Shown here one piece after another: positions 17,275 through 25,371 of a stretch of DNA of 32,000 bases (its first letter is position 1; the number at the start of each line of letters is the position of its first letter). The notes beneath the pieces are model-generated. The model was not told where the DNA came from. It made no database searches and saw only the letters and a list, made by a program, of their open reading frames with translations. Origin of the DNA: Vulcanisaeta distributa DSM 14429 (GTDB taxonomy: Archaea; Thermoproteota; Thermoprotei; Thermoproteales; Thermocladiaceae); the NCBI RefSeq assembly GCF_000148385.1, contig NC_014537.1, forward strand, positions 90,001-122,000. Direction: 5' to 3'. A program made the translations under genes and the position numbers.

Positions 17275-18261
17275 TTATTTAACCTCCTGGATGCTTGTGC
17301 TTTTCCAGTCATCGCCTATCGTTAGCCTCAGCCTAACCGGCTCGGCCCTAGCATTCTCACAAGTCACCTGGACCTCAACCTCGTAAGTACACTTGGTCAG
17401 GCAGTCCTGAACCCTATTGAGACAGCCAAGCAGGAACACGTCCGGCCTCGCAAACCACGCATATGGTGGTGAACCACCGCATACGGTTGCCATATTTAGG
17501 TTATTGGCGTAAAATGGCTTACTACCATTGTCGAGGGGCATTACGATTAGGTTGAATATCCTAACATCATTGGGATTAATATCAACCCTATCCCTATTGC
17601 CCGCCCAAACCAGGTCAACCCAGTCATTGTAATCAGGACTTAAGCTACACCCAGCGGAACCACTTAATGAAGCCCTAACCTGCGCCACGCAATTCTTAGC
17701 AGCGCCACGGCCAATATTCCTAACACGAAGCCTAAGGTAACCGACAGCATTCTGTTGGGCAGGACGATTGGTGCCGCAGAGATCTGGGAACGTGTTAAGG
17801 ATGGGCTTGTCCTGCACGATCTCAATACGCAGATCAGGCGATGTTGAGACTGCTCTGAAGTACTCCTGAAGACCAATAGCCATTAAAGTACCACCACTAC
17901 CAACAATGGGACCCGCAGGGGTGACGTAGGAACTACCTGGAGTAAACAGCATCACGAAGCCCATGATCAGCAGAAACACGCCAAAGTCGGAAATAATAGC
18001 ATGCCAAACATTGCCATCATAAGATAACCACATGGCAAGAATTAATATAACTATGCCCACTATAATGAATGCAGCCTTCACTAATGAGATCATTACTAAG
18101 TCTATCAAACTCATATGAGATCCATTACCGTAAACCGTAACGAAACTCGAAATGAGTCCAAAACCCATAAAAATACCGCTAATTGCAGAATAAAATATTG
18201 TTAAAAAGGAATAATTTATTACCACGTGGTGAAATAAGTTTATGAGCACTCCAATACACAC
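17275..18261 (-). CDS. Membrane-anchored protein with a C-terminal beta-rich (CARDB-like?) domain, function unknown
   Basis: The N-terminal 130 aa or so are hydrophobic helices. The C-terminal soluble domain has the beta-sandwich-like pattern YLRLRVRNIGRGAAKNCVAQV ... VRIFNLIVMP ... YEVEVQVTCENARAEPVRLRLTI. The ORF has a GTG start and may continue the 18179-18475 ORF through a frameshift. Confidence 0.6.
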   Translation of the reverse strand: MCIGVLINLFHHVVINYSFLTIFYSAISGIFMGFGLISSFVTVYGNGSHMSLIDLVMISLVKAAFIIVGIVILILAMWLSYDGNVWHAIISDFGVFLLIMGFVMLFTPGSSYVTPAGPIVGSGGTLMAIGLQEYFRAVSTSPDLRIEIVQDKPILNTFPDLCGTNRPAQQNAVGYLRLRVRNIGRGAAKNCVAQVRASLSGSAGCSLSPDYNDWVDLVWAGNRDRVDINPNDVRIFNLIVMPLDNGSKPFYANNLNMATVCGGSPPYAWFARPDVFLLGCLNRVQDCLTKCTYEVEVQVTCENARAEPVRLRLTIGDDWKSTSIQEVK

Positions 18262-18475
18262 TTATAAGATATATATTGATGAAAATAATTAAAACAATAA
18301 TAGCTGCGAAAACGGACCTGAATGAGGATGGAAGAGGTAATTGTACTATCGTAATACTTATACCTATACTTATAACCGATAAAAGCAATATGAATGCGAA
18401 TAATATTGTAAATACTAATAGTAATATTGTAAAAATCCAATCTGGTATTCTTAGGCGTCTTCTTAACTGCTGCAT
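18179..18475 (-). CDS. Small 2-3 TM membrane ORF; possibly the displaced N-terminus of the 17275-18261 gene
   Basis: This ATG-initiated 98-aa hydrophobic ORF overlaps the next ORF by 83 nt in a different frame. The DNA here is very AT-rich. Confidence 0.4.
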   Translation of the reverse strand: MQQLRRRLRIPDWIFTILLLVFTILFAFILLLSVISIGISITIVQLPLPSSFRSVFAAIIVLIIFINIYLISVYWSAHKLISPRGNKLFLFNNILFCN

Positions 18476-18665
18476 TTTGTAGGAGCGCAGTCTCCTCTTT
18501 TTAAGGATTTTAAACGCCCTATTTAGTGCTTATGTAACGCTTCAAAAGGAGCACGAGGTTGAGGTTGTTAGGCACTGTAATGCTTCGTTTCCATGCCTCG
18601 AACTTGAGGTTAGGGTTTCATGGCCTTACGTTGACGCTCAGCTGCAGGTACCGATTGGTGGCGTT

Positions 18666-19241
18666 TTGATGTGGGATGATGAGATTCTTGGTCAAGTCGC
18701 TTTTAAAAGCATCACATATATGCCTGGTAATGCATTAATGATCAGCAATGTCCTCAAAAATGCCATGTCTAGCGCTCGAATTACTGGTTTCGTACAATTG
18801 AGCCAACAAGCCATTGATCGTATTGAGGAGCTAAGGATGAGGAGTAATGGCGACATTACCATGAAGTTAAGCCCAAGCTTTGTATCCTTCTTCACCGATT
18901 ATAATAGGGGCGATACCGTGAAGGTTGTGCATACTGAGGGAAGTCAGGACTCATTTGTGGCTTTAAAGATGGCGTCCTCATTACTTAGCGGATCTGTTAC
19001 AACCATTACGTGCAACGTGAATGTGAATGGTTACAAGTGGGTCAGTGAGTTTTTACCCAAGCTCATAGGCTCCGGCTACCTAGTTATTGAGTTGCCGTTA
19101 TTACCAATGCCCAGTGACCTTGGTAAGGAGTTTAATGAGCACGTAATTGCGGTTGTTGAATCATTGAGGATAGCTAGGGATGAGCTTCATAAAAACCTAG
19201 ATAAGGGCTCAGCACTAACATCGATTAAAACGCCTTACTAA
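18666..19241 (+). CDS. Hypothetical protein (191 aa from TTG/ATG; the frame is open from 18482)
   Basis: The ORF has coding-like composition. The in-frame upstream extension (..EHEVEVVRHCNASFPCLELEVRVSWPYVDAQLQVPIGGVL) also looks coding but has no ATG, GTG or TTG. I recognise no motif. Confidence 0.5.
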   Translation: MMWDDEILGQVAFKSITYMPGNALMISNVLKNAMSSARITGFVQLSQQAIDRIEELRMRSNGDITMKLSPSFVSFFTDYNRGDTVKVVHTEGSQDSFVALKMASSLLSGSVTTITCNVNVNGYKWVSEFLPKLIGSGYLVIELPLLPMPSDLGKEFNEHVIAVVESLRIARDELHKNLDKGSALTSIKTPY

Positions 19242-19255
19242 ACCCATGCAATGCG

Positions 19256-19549
19256 TTGGGGGTCATTGGCAAAAGGCTCGGCATAGACATGGGCAGTGGA
19301 GAGAGCAGTAAGGATAGGCTCAGAAAGTTAATACCGGGCATAGTCAGGAATGGGAAACTCGCAGAGTTAATAATCGAATCGATCACGAGGATTAAGAGTA
19401 TAGCCACTGTAGGTCCGGAACCAACACAACCGCACTACAGGCCAGGCTCCGAACCACTAACGCCAATCGAGGTCAATGACATAATAGGAATAACAACGTA
19501 CATAACCAATATATTATTAACGGAAATAAAGAACCTAGGACGGATTTAA
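19256..19549 (+). CDS. Hypothetical protein (97 aa, TTG start); may be the continuation of the 18666-19241 ORF
   Basis: It starts 14 nt after the previous stop in another frame, and its frame is already open from about 19226. Confidence 0.4.
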   Translation: MGVIGKRLGIDMGSGESSKDRLRKLIPGIVRNGKLAELIIESITRIKSIATVGPEPTQPHYRPGSEPLTPIEVNDIIGITTYITNILLTEIKNLGRI

Positions 19550-19782
19550 CAAAATCCGTAAATGAATGTACACAGCATGAGCATTATCATATTTAAAACA
19601 ATGCCTACGTATGTACCTAAACCTATATCAGTCAGCATGGTAATTCCACTTATAAAATAGGTCATGCTGTTAATTCTGGCGATTGCTATTTCGTTCAGCT
19701 TCGTATTCCCTTACCCTAATAAGCATGAGGTAGCACTCGTTCCAAGCGGTAGTCTCTAGTTGTATTACGTAGTTTAACCACT

Positions 19783-20514
19783 TCATAGTTCGAGACATTC
19801 AATACCGTACTTCCTACGCAGTACCTCCCTTATACCCCTCACATGATCCTTACCAAAGACTATGAGGACCCTCGCCCCAGACTTAATGAGCTCAGCAGCA
19901 ACTTCAGCAGCCCTCTCATTCCTTAGCATGAGCGTTTTATCGGCTAAAAATCTTATTGGCATAGCCATAAGCAGAATTGAGAGTAGAACTAGAAGTGATA
20001 ATGCTAGATAGATTATTCTTATTAAGTTTCCATGAGGTGTGATCATTAATAAGGCAATCAATACAAGGGGTAGGAGAATGGATACTCCTAGAATGATCCA
20101 GCTGGGCTTGACGTAATCATCAAGCCTTATTAACAATCGTGTTAATGCGTAGTCTCCCCACACGTATTTTACATGCTTCCCAAAGGTAGCTTCAACACTC
20201 TCGACATCACTTCCAACACTGAATTTGCCCCTCCTTATTAATTGATAGAACCCATAGAGTAACGCAAGGAGCTTATTCGTGAATCTGAAGTGCAGCTTGA
20301 AGGCGATTACTAATGGTAGGTATCTCATGTTCCTTAATAGCCAGCCTAGGGTTATGTCATCCCTAACACCCTCGTACACAACATGCGTTATGCATGGCAT
20401 AATCCTCAACAGGCTCTCCCCATTAACCGGCATCACATGTACAGTACCAACTATGTAGCAATCACCACACCCACTCATCGATCTATTGGACGTATACTGC
20501 GGTATAAAAATCAA
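19783..20514 (-). CDS. TraB/Tiki-superfamily protein (putative metalloprotease-like) with two internal TM helices
   Basis: The N-terminal CYIVGTVHVMP is a GTxH motif. The C-terminal RNERAAEVAAELIKSGARVLIVFGKDHVRGI matches the ER...G-x-x-H-x-x-G pattern recalled for the TraB/PrgY/Tiki family. The hydrophobic stretch is SWIILGVSILLPLVLIALLM..IIYLALSLLVLLSILLMAM. Confidence 0.5.
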   Translation of the reverse strand: MIFIPQYTSNRSMSGCGDCYIVGTVHVMPVNGESLLRIMPCITHVVYEGVRDDITLGWLLRNMRYLPLVIAFKLHFRFTNKLLALLYGFYQLIRRGKFSVGSDVESVEATFGKHVKYVWGDYALTRLLIRLDDYVKPSWIILGVSILLPLVLIALLMITPHGNLIRIIYLALSLLVLLSILLMAMPIRFLADKTLMLRNERAAEVAAELIKSGARVLIVFGKDHVRGIREVLRRKYGIECLEL

Positions 20515-20558
20515 GCCAGCAAGAAAAACAATATTATTTTAGTTGGTTTATGCCAGGA

Positions 20559-20939
20559 CTACGTCATGCCTAGGTAATTCCTTAGGTGTTCCTTGACTAG
20601 TTCACACATTACCAATGCAACCCTGTATGGCAGTCCATTAATGTCCTTGGGGTCGCACCTTAATGGTCCCTCATATGCTAATTCCTCAATTGATGCCAAA
20701 TCCACGAACACCCTAACGTACCTGCCCAAGTCCTCGAATCTAACGTTGATGAATGGTACTCCATACCTCCTCAATTCATTATTAACCCAGTCATCAACGC
20801 GCGTCTTACCATCCCTGATTAATTGACACACCCTGGAGAGTACGTAATCCCTAACACTAATTGTTAACCTACCCGCGTCAAAGCCCATGGACCTAAGCTC
20901 ATCGGCGCACAAGGCCAGGTCACCCTTACTAATCGCCAT
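20559..20939 (-). CDS. Hypothetical protein (126 aa), upstream of and co-oriented with the TraB-like gene
   Basis: The ORF has an ATG start, coding-like composition and no recognisable motif. Confidence 0.5.
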   Translation of the reverse strand: MAISKGDLALCADELRSMGFDAGRLTISVRDYVLSRVCQLIRDGKTRVDDWVNNELRRYGVPFINVRFEDLGRYVRVFVDLASIEELAYEGPLRCDPKDINGLPYRVALVMCELVKEHLRNYLGMT

Positions 20940-21308
20940 ACTGCAAATTCAATTCCACAAGAAATTTAACCCTTTCTATTGCATTAAGGCATCATCGGCA
21001 ATATAGGAACAAAAACTCTGGGGAAACCCCATGCAATGCATCCTGCCGTTAATGAGAATGCTGGGTTGATACTGATCTTAATTACAGTACTATGCACATG
21101 AAACGCCAGCAGTAAGGGCTTTAACCAAGGAATCAGTGAAAGTGACAACGGCCATCCAGCTTCACCACTTAGGTGTGTTTAGGTTAATTATTATGGGCGT
21201 TTATGAACCTTTTACAGTCATTCTCATTACGTATTAGGTATACGAGGAATAATACAGGCTTACCCTCTTTATCCCTCAATTCCTTACCCTCTAACTTCTC
21301 GATATCCT

Positions 21309-21655
21309 TTACATTCCATTAACCCTTTTAGTAATACCCCTGCTACCCTCAAAGTCGTAGTTTGTGGGTATTGCCTTCAACTCGCAGTGGTATTCTTTAC
21401 CGCCTTGCACCTTGAACCATGGTCACGCCTCCCTCCTTTATTGCCGTACTGCCTCTCGACCTCGTACTCCCCAACACCCATTGACGTCAGTGCATCAATA
21501 ATCGCGTACCTAAGGAAGCCCTCATCACTATGCCTGGCATGAATTAGGCGAGTTAAGTAACCAGTCCTACTCTCAAACCCCACAAGCCTACCAATAACAT
21601 CAAGCAACCCATCAAGAAACGACCCCTCACTAAATGAAGAGCTAAACCCAACCAT
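21309..21655 (-). pseudogene. Frameshifted PD-(D/E)XK (restriction-endonuclease-fold) protein
   Basis: The track ORF (21377-21655) ends ..GEYEVERQYGNKGGRRDHGSRCKAV.. The -1 frame continues from about 21420 as PWFKVQGGKEYHCELKAIPTNYDFEGSRGITKRVNGM*, with its stop at 21309-21311. Joining the two frames gives GRRD-x15-ELK, a canonical D...(D/E)xK arrangement. Confidence 0.5.
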
Positions 21656-21739
21656 TAACTAGTCATTGGTGAGGCAGTAATTACGCATTACCCATCAATG
21701 AGTGATGAAGTTATAAACAGACTTTCTACGAATTAAGTA

Positions 21740-21928
21740 ATGCCCACCTGGCTTTACCACCTCGATGAGTTTAGGCTGGTCAGTGATTACGACTTCAATT
21801 ACACGATTAATGAACTAATAGGTATTGCCCTGAGTAAGGCCGAGGAGCTGAGCATCAAGCCAACCACAGTATGCCACCTAGAACTTAACAACCTTTCAGT
21901 GTGCAGGGCTTTAAGATTTACTGGTTGA
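21740..21928 (+). CDS. Hypothetical small protein (62 aa)
   Basis: The only evidence is the ORF itself. A 43-aa hydrophobic ORF follows it, starting with the ATG at 21937. Confidence 0.25.
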   Translation: MPTWLYHLDEFRLVSDYDFNYTINELIGIALSKAEELSIKPTTVCHLELNNLSVCRALRFTG

Positions 21929-22279
21929 TATCTGGCATGTTCGTGAATCACGCATTTGTGATAATCGATAATCACTTGTTGAGCGTGCTATGTACATTGT
22001 TAGGGTTATTCATCAGCACAATATTGGGCGGGGTTGCAAAGTCCAGGGATTACCTAAACATCCCTTAATGATTAATTGCAATAGTATTTTGCCAACGAAT
22101 CAACAAAGGAGTGCTGTGCATCGCCTTAGATACTAAAACTAGACTTTTCACACCTAGCTTAGTATTGGTCATTTAATAGTGAATCATTTAAGCTGTGACT
22201 CGCAATATATACATTAACGTTGTTGATTATATTGGATTAATTTGTTTACCGTAATCTGCATCCGTTTCGTGACTTATTC

Positions 22280-23389
22280 CTAGCTCTGGCACTTGAGGTT
22301 GTTTAGTGTCTTGAGTAGTTGGTTATAGTCTCCACCTTTTATTATACATTGTACCGTGCTTTCTAGTTGGTTCAATTTATTAACCGTTATGCATAGATTG
22401 AACCTTAATGGCCTTCTAGACCCCTCACCATGCACCGTAATCTCAAACACAAATTCAATATCCTTAGTGAGTATAAGGCATGCCCTGTATGGTCTTACTG
22501 ATGGATCGCTTGGTCCTCCACCGCCATACTCACTGTAGGGCATTATCAAGTACTTGTCATCACTCAGTTTCACGTAGTCAAATATTAACAGCCTATTCCT
22601 CTGCCCAGGGGAGATCGACGTTATGTGTTGATAATCAGTAAAGAACCAGGGTAATGGTAAGTCCTTTAAGATATCAAGAAACTCTTTAACAATATTGGTC
22701 AGGAAACTATTAGATTTCTTATTAGATTTCTCATTAGATTTCTCGATCTTCTCGGCATCAAGTAGTTTCTCGGTGAGTTTCTTCTTACTTATGACCTTAC
22801 TACGTAACCTGATACTAGGCCTTACCACGATCCTCTCGGGCAATGCCCAGGGAAGTGATTCACCAACTACATGGGGGTTAACCCTATTGGCGAGGTAATT
22901 TTGGCAATTAGGTGATTCAAGTATTTCCTTAATATGATTATACTTTTTTATATATTCATCAAATTTATTTCTGTGTAATAGGACGTCGCCGAGGTGGTAT
23001 TTTTCTTCGTTTCCTTTCTTAACCTTAATCGTCAATGATGCCTTAGCGTCTCTAATTATTGCATTGCCATCATTTATTATCATTGCTGAGATTCTACGCG
23101 TCGGATCAAAAACCTCAACATCAAGCCCAGGATCAACCTCACCGCCAATACCTAGGGACAACCTTAAGGTGCTCGTTGACGCATAGTATTTAACCAGGTC
23201 ATTACTTAGCACCGCAATTACCGAGATTAAGGCACCAATTATTGGGCCTGACACCTGTAGTATGTATTGGTGGTACTTCAATACGGGTTTATAAAGCGGC
23301 CCTAAAACAATTTGCGCAGGCACTATGAGAAGTAGGACTATGGCAAGCGATACAATGGCAATCACCAACAAAACAACACTACCCCTCAA
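22280..23389 (-). CDS. Membrane-anchored protein (2 N-terminal TM helices) with a beta-rich ectodomain and a Lys/Ser/Asn/Glu repeat linker; distant structural paralog of 17275-18261
   Basis: The TTG-started 369-aa ORF has the N-terminus VVLLVIAIVSLAIVLLLIV and the strands ISAMIINDGNAIIRDAKASLTI ... RNRLLIFDYVKL ... FVFEITVHGEGSRRPLRFNLCITV. It also has the repeat linker EKSNEKSNKKSN. Confidence 0.6.
   Translation of the reverse strand: MRGSVVLLVIAIVSLAIVLLLIVPAQIVLGPLYKPVLKYHQYILQVSGPIIGALISVIAVLSNDLVKYYASTSTLRLSLGIGGEVDPGLDVEVFDPTRRISAMIINDGNAIIRDAKASLTIKVKKGNEEKYHLGDVLLHRNKFDEYIKKYNHIKEILESPNCQNYLANRVNPHVVGESLPWALPERIVVRPSIRLRSKVISKKKLTEKLLDAEKIEKSNEKSNKKSNSFLTNIVKEFLDILKDLPLPWFFTDYQHITSISPGQRNRLLIFDYVKLSDDKYLIMPYSEYGGGGPSDPSVRPYRACLILTKDIEFVFEITVHGEGSRRPLRFNLCITVNKLNQLESTVQCIIKGGDYNQLLKTLNNLKCQS
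22709..22744. repeat. Three tandem 12-nt repeats (attagatttctY), coding for KSNE/KSNK repeats on the minus strand
   Basis: The sequence reads attagatttctt attagatttctc attagatttctc. Confidence 0.9.
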
Positions 23390-23499
23390 ACATGCCCACC
23401 CGAGAAGAAAATCTTACGCCATGACTTAATAAACCCATTTTTCAAAAGTAAAGGCAATACAAGGTTCACTAGGTATTAATATCCACTGCCTTATTCATT

Positions 23500-24225
23500 T
23501 TACTTTTCCTTCAATTTTGAAAAATACTCTTTACATACTTTTACTGGAATGGCAGTACATAAGGTTGTCAGTATGAATATTACTAGGATCATTATTAAGG
23601 TTATGAATAATAGGATCATGAATATCGCAATGAAACTTAGTAGGGCTGTTTGGGCCCAGTATGGTAGTTGGGGCATGTTTGATGGTAGGCTTGTTATGTT
23701 TCCTAGTACTTGTTGCGTGCTTGATTGTTGGGCTGTTGCGGTCATTACTACTAATATTACTGCCATGATTGCGATGAATAGTATTACCTGGAGGTAATAA
23801 GCCCTAGTGCCCCTACCCACTAAGCTCTCAAAATGCGCTTCAGATTTGCTCACGATTTTGTGGGCTTCCTCAGTCTCGTATGGGACATTTACATTGGCGC
23901 ACTTCTGTTCTATTTCCTCAATGCACTTAGCTCTCTCCACCTGGAAGTACCTAATCTTTATTGATAGTGCCATCATTGTAAGCACAAATATCAACAGAAT
24001 GAATAGTAACCCCAACTTCAGCATTATTGTTCCTGGACCTAGACCAGTTAGGTAGTGGTAAATCAGCGTTAGGACAACACCAACAACTGTCGCAGTGCCG
24101 AAGGGTATCTGCCAAAGCAAATTATCGTAATGCCTCCAATCCTCAACCAACCTCTCATAAACACGCATACCAAGCTCGTCGCATTTAAAGTGCTCGATAC
24201 GGCAATGTCTCAGCTCCTCACCCAC
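23500..24225 (-). CDS. Four-TM membrane protein with an N-terminal cytosolic helix and a central soluble loop, function unknown
   Basis: The 241-aa ORF starts at GTG, or at the ATG at residue 20. It has two TM pairs, GTATVVGVVLTLIY/LGLLFILLIFVLTMMAL and LQVILFIAIMAVILVVM/ALLSFIAIFMILLFITLIMILVIFIL. Confidence 0.55.
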   Translation of the reverse strand: MGEELRHCRIEHFKCDELGMRVYERLVEDWRHYDNLLWQIPFGTATVVGVVLTLIYHYLTGLGPGTIMLKLGLLFILLIFVLTMMALSIKIRYFQVERAKCIEEIEQKCANVNVPYETEEAHKIVSKSEAHFESLVGRGTRAYYLQVILFIAIMAVILVVMTATAQQSSTQQVLGNITSLPSNMPQLPYWAQTALLSFIAIFMILLFITLIMILVIFILTTLCTAIPVKVCKEYFSKLKEK

Positions 24226-24245
24226 AGGTTAAGGCTCTAAACTAA

Positions 24246-24611
24246 CTTTTTAAACATCAGTCAGACATAGAACTAATTCAGGATGCTTTAGACTTTGCCT
24301 GGCCTCCCATTAATTGTAGTCCTTGGATAGGTCAGATTTATTGGCTTTGTTTTCGTGGTTCCATTGTTGAGGTTAAGACTGGTATTGAGTCCTCGGAGAG
24401 GGGTAGGCCTGAGTACGTGGTTGAGCAGTTGAGACACTATAGGGAGTTCCTACAGCCGAGGCACATGGCCCTTGCAATACTGACGAGTCCAACCACGGCA
24501 ATACCAAAGACCGAGCTAAGGCAGTTGGGGGTTGAAGTATTCCAGGAAATCACAAACACAAAAATTCAAGATGAATTCAAAAATTACATAATAAGCGCAT
24601 TGAAAGAATGA
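24246..24611 (+). pseudogene. NucS/RecB-like nuclease-domain remnant (the E-x-K strand lies upstream of the only usable start codon)
   Basis: The frame is open from 24246: ..DALDFAWPPINCSPWIGQIYWLCFRGSIVEVKTGIESSERGRPEYVVEQLRHYREFLQPRHMALAILTSPTTAIPKTELRQLGVEVFQEI.. This resembles the NucS C-terminal pattern (hhhElK...QL..Y...L....hhhL.ap......L...Gle). The first ATG, GTG or TTG is the GTG at 24417, downstream of the EVK motif at 24369-24377. Confidence 0.4.
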
Positions 24612-24620
24612 GCAAGGTGA

Positions 24621-25370
24621 TTACTTTTTCATTATACTTATTAGTTCACTCATTAAGCATTTCTTAATGTTTATCTTCGAGACTAATACTTTATATAGTA
24701 TTGATAATTGGTTTAAGTCGTGGGTGAGTCTGTCCTTAATGTATTTACCCAGCTCATTCCTGTCATTATCGCTTAGCCTACCTCTAAACTCTCCCTTGAT
24801 CTTTCTGCACATCTTGAGCATCGACTTCTTACTTTCTTCTCCCTCATTATGGCTGGCTACTACGCCCTCCTTAAGGCACCTGCTCGCCGCATTTACGACT
24901 TCTTCTAGGTTGATTTTCGTCCTCGGGAATATTATCGATTTGATGAAGTCGTAAAGGTCTAAGTAAATTAGATGCGGTTTAATCCCGATTAGCTCGAGCG
25001 CTTCATCAATGTTTTTCATTAATCCTTGCCTATAAAGCCTATTGGCTAATACTGGCAAGTCGAAGGACCTAATGTTCCAACCAATAACGAGGACCGAATA
25101 CCCCGACCCACGAGCCTTCTCGTTAGTCTTTTCAACGTCCTCCTTAGCACGTCTTAAGTATTCATCGACCTTTCCAAGGAAGGTGTTGAGGATCTTCCCT
25201 TCACAATCACTAATGCTATTGCACTCATAATCCGATACCGTGACTATGTAATTATCATAGCATTTACCGTCTTTACCGCACTCCCTAAATCCAAATCCGA
25301 TAACTTCATCATTGATGGATGGAGTATCGCCGGCGGGGCAGGTCTCGATATCGAAGAGTAGGAATACCAT
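24621..25370 (-). CDS. DEDD-type 3'-5' exonuclease (RNase H-like fold, DnaQ/PolB-exo-like)
   Basis: The ORF has MVFLLFDIETC (ExoI DxE), VLVIGWNIRSFDLPVLANRL (ExoII) and DRLTHDLNQLSILY (ExoIII-like H/D). I prefer the ATG at 25370, 1 nt after the upstream stop, over the track's TTG at 25397. Confidence 0.7.
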   Translation of the reverse strand: MVFLLFDIETCPAGDTPSINDEVIGFGFRECGKDGKCYDNYIVTVSDYECNSISDCEGKILNTFLGKVDEYLRRAKEDVEKTNEKARGSGYSVLVIGWNIRSFDLPVLANRLYRQGLMKNIDEALELIGIKPHLIYLDLYDFIKSIIFPRTKINLEEVVNAASRCLKEGVVASHNEGEESKKSMLKMCRKIKGEFRGRLSDNDRNELGKYIKDRLTHDLNQLSILYKVLVSKINIKKCLMSELISIMKK

Positions 25371-25371
25371 A

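Noticed and set aside
19243-19254. The 12-mer cccatgcaatgc is repeated at 21028-21039.
   Set aside because: It is too short to be significant in 32 kb of AT-rich DNA, and the flanks diverge immediately.
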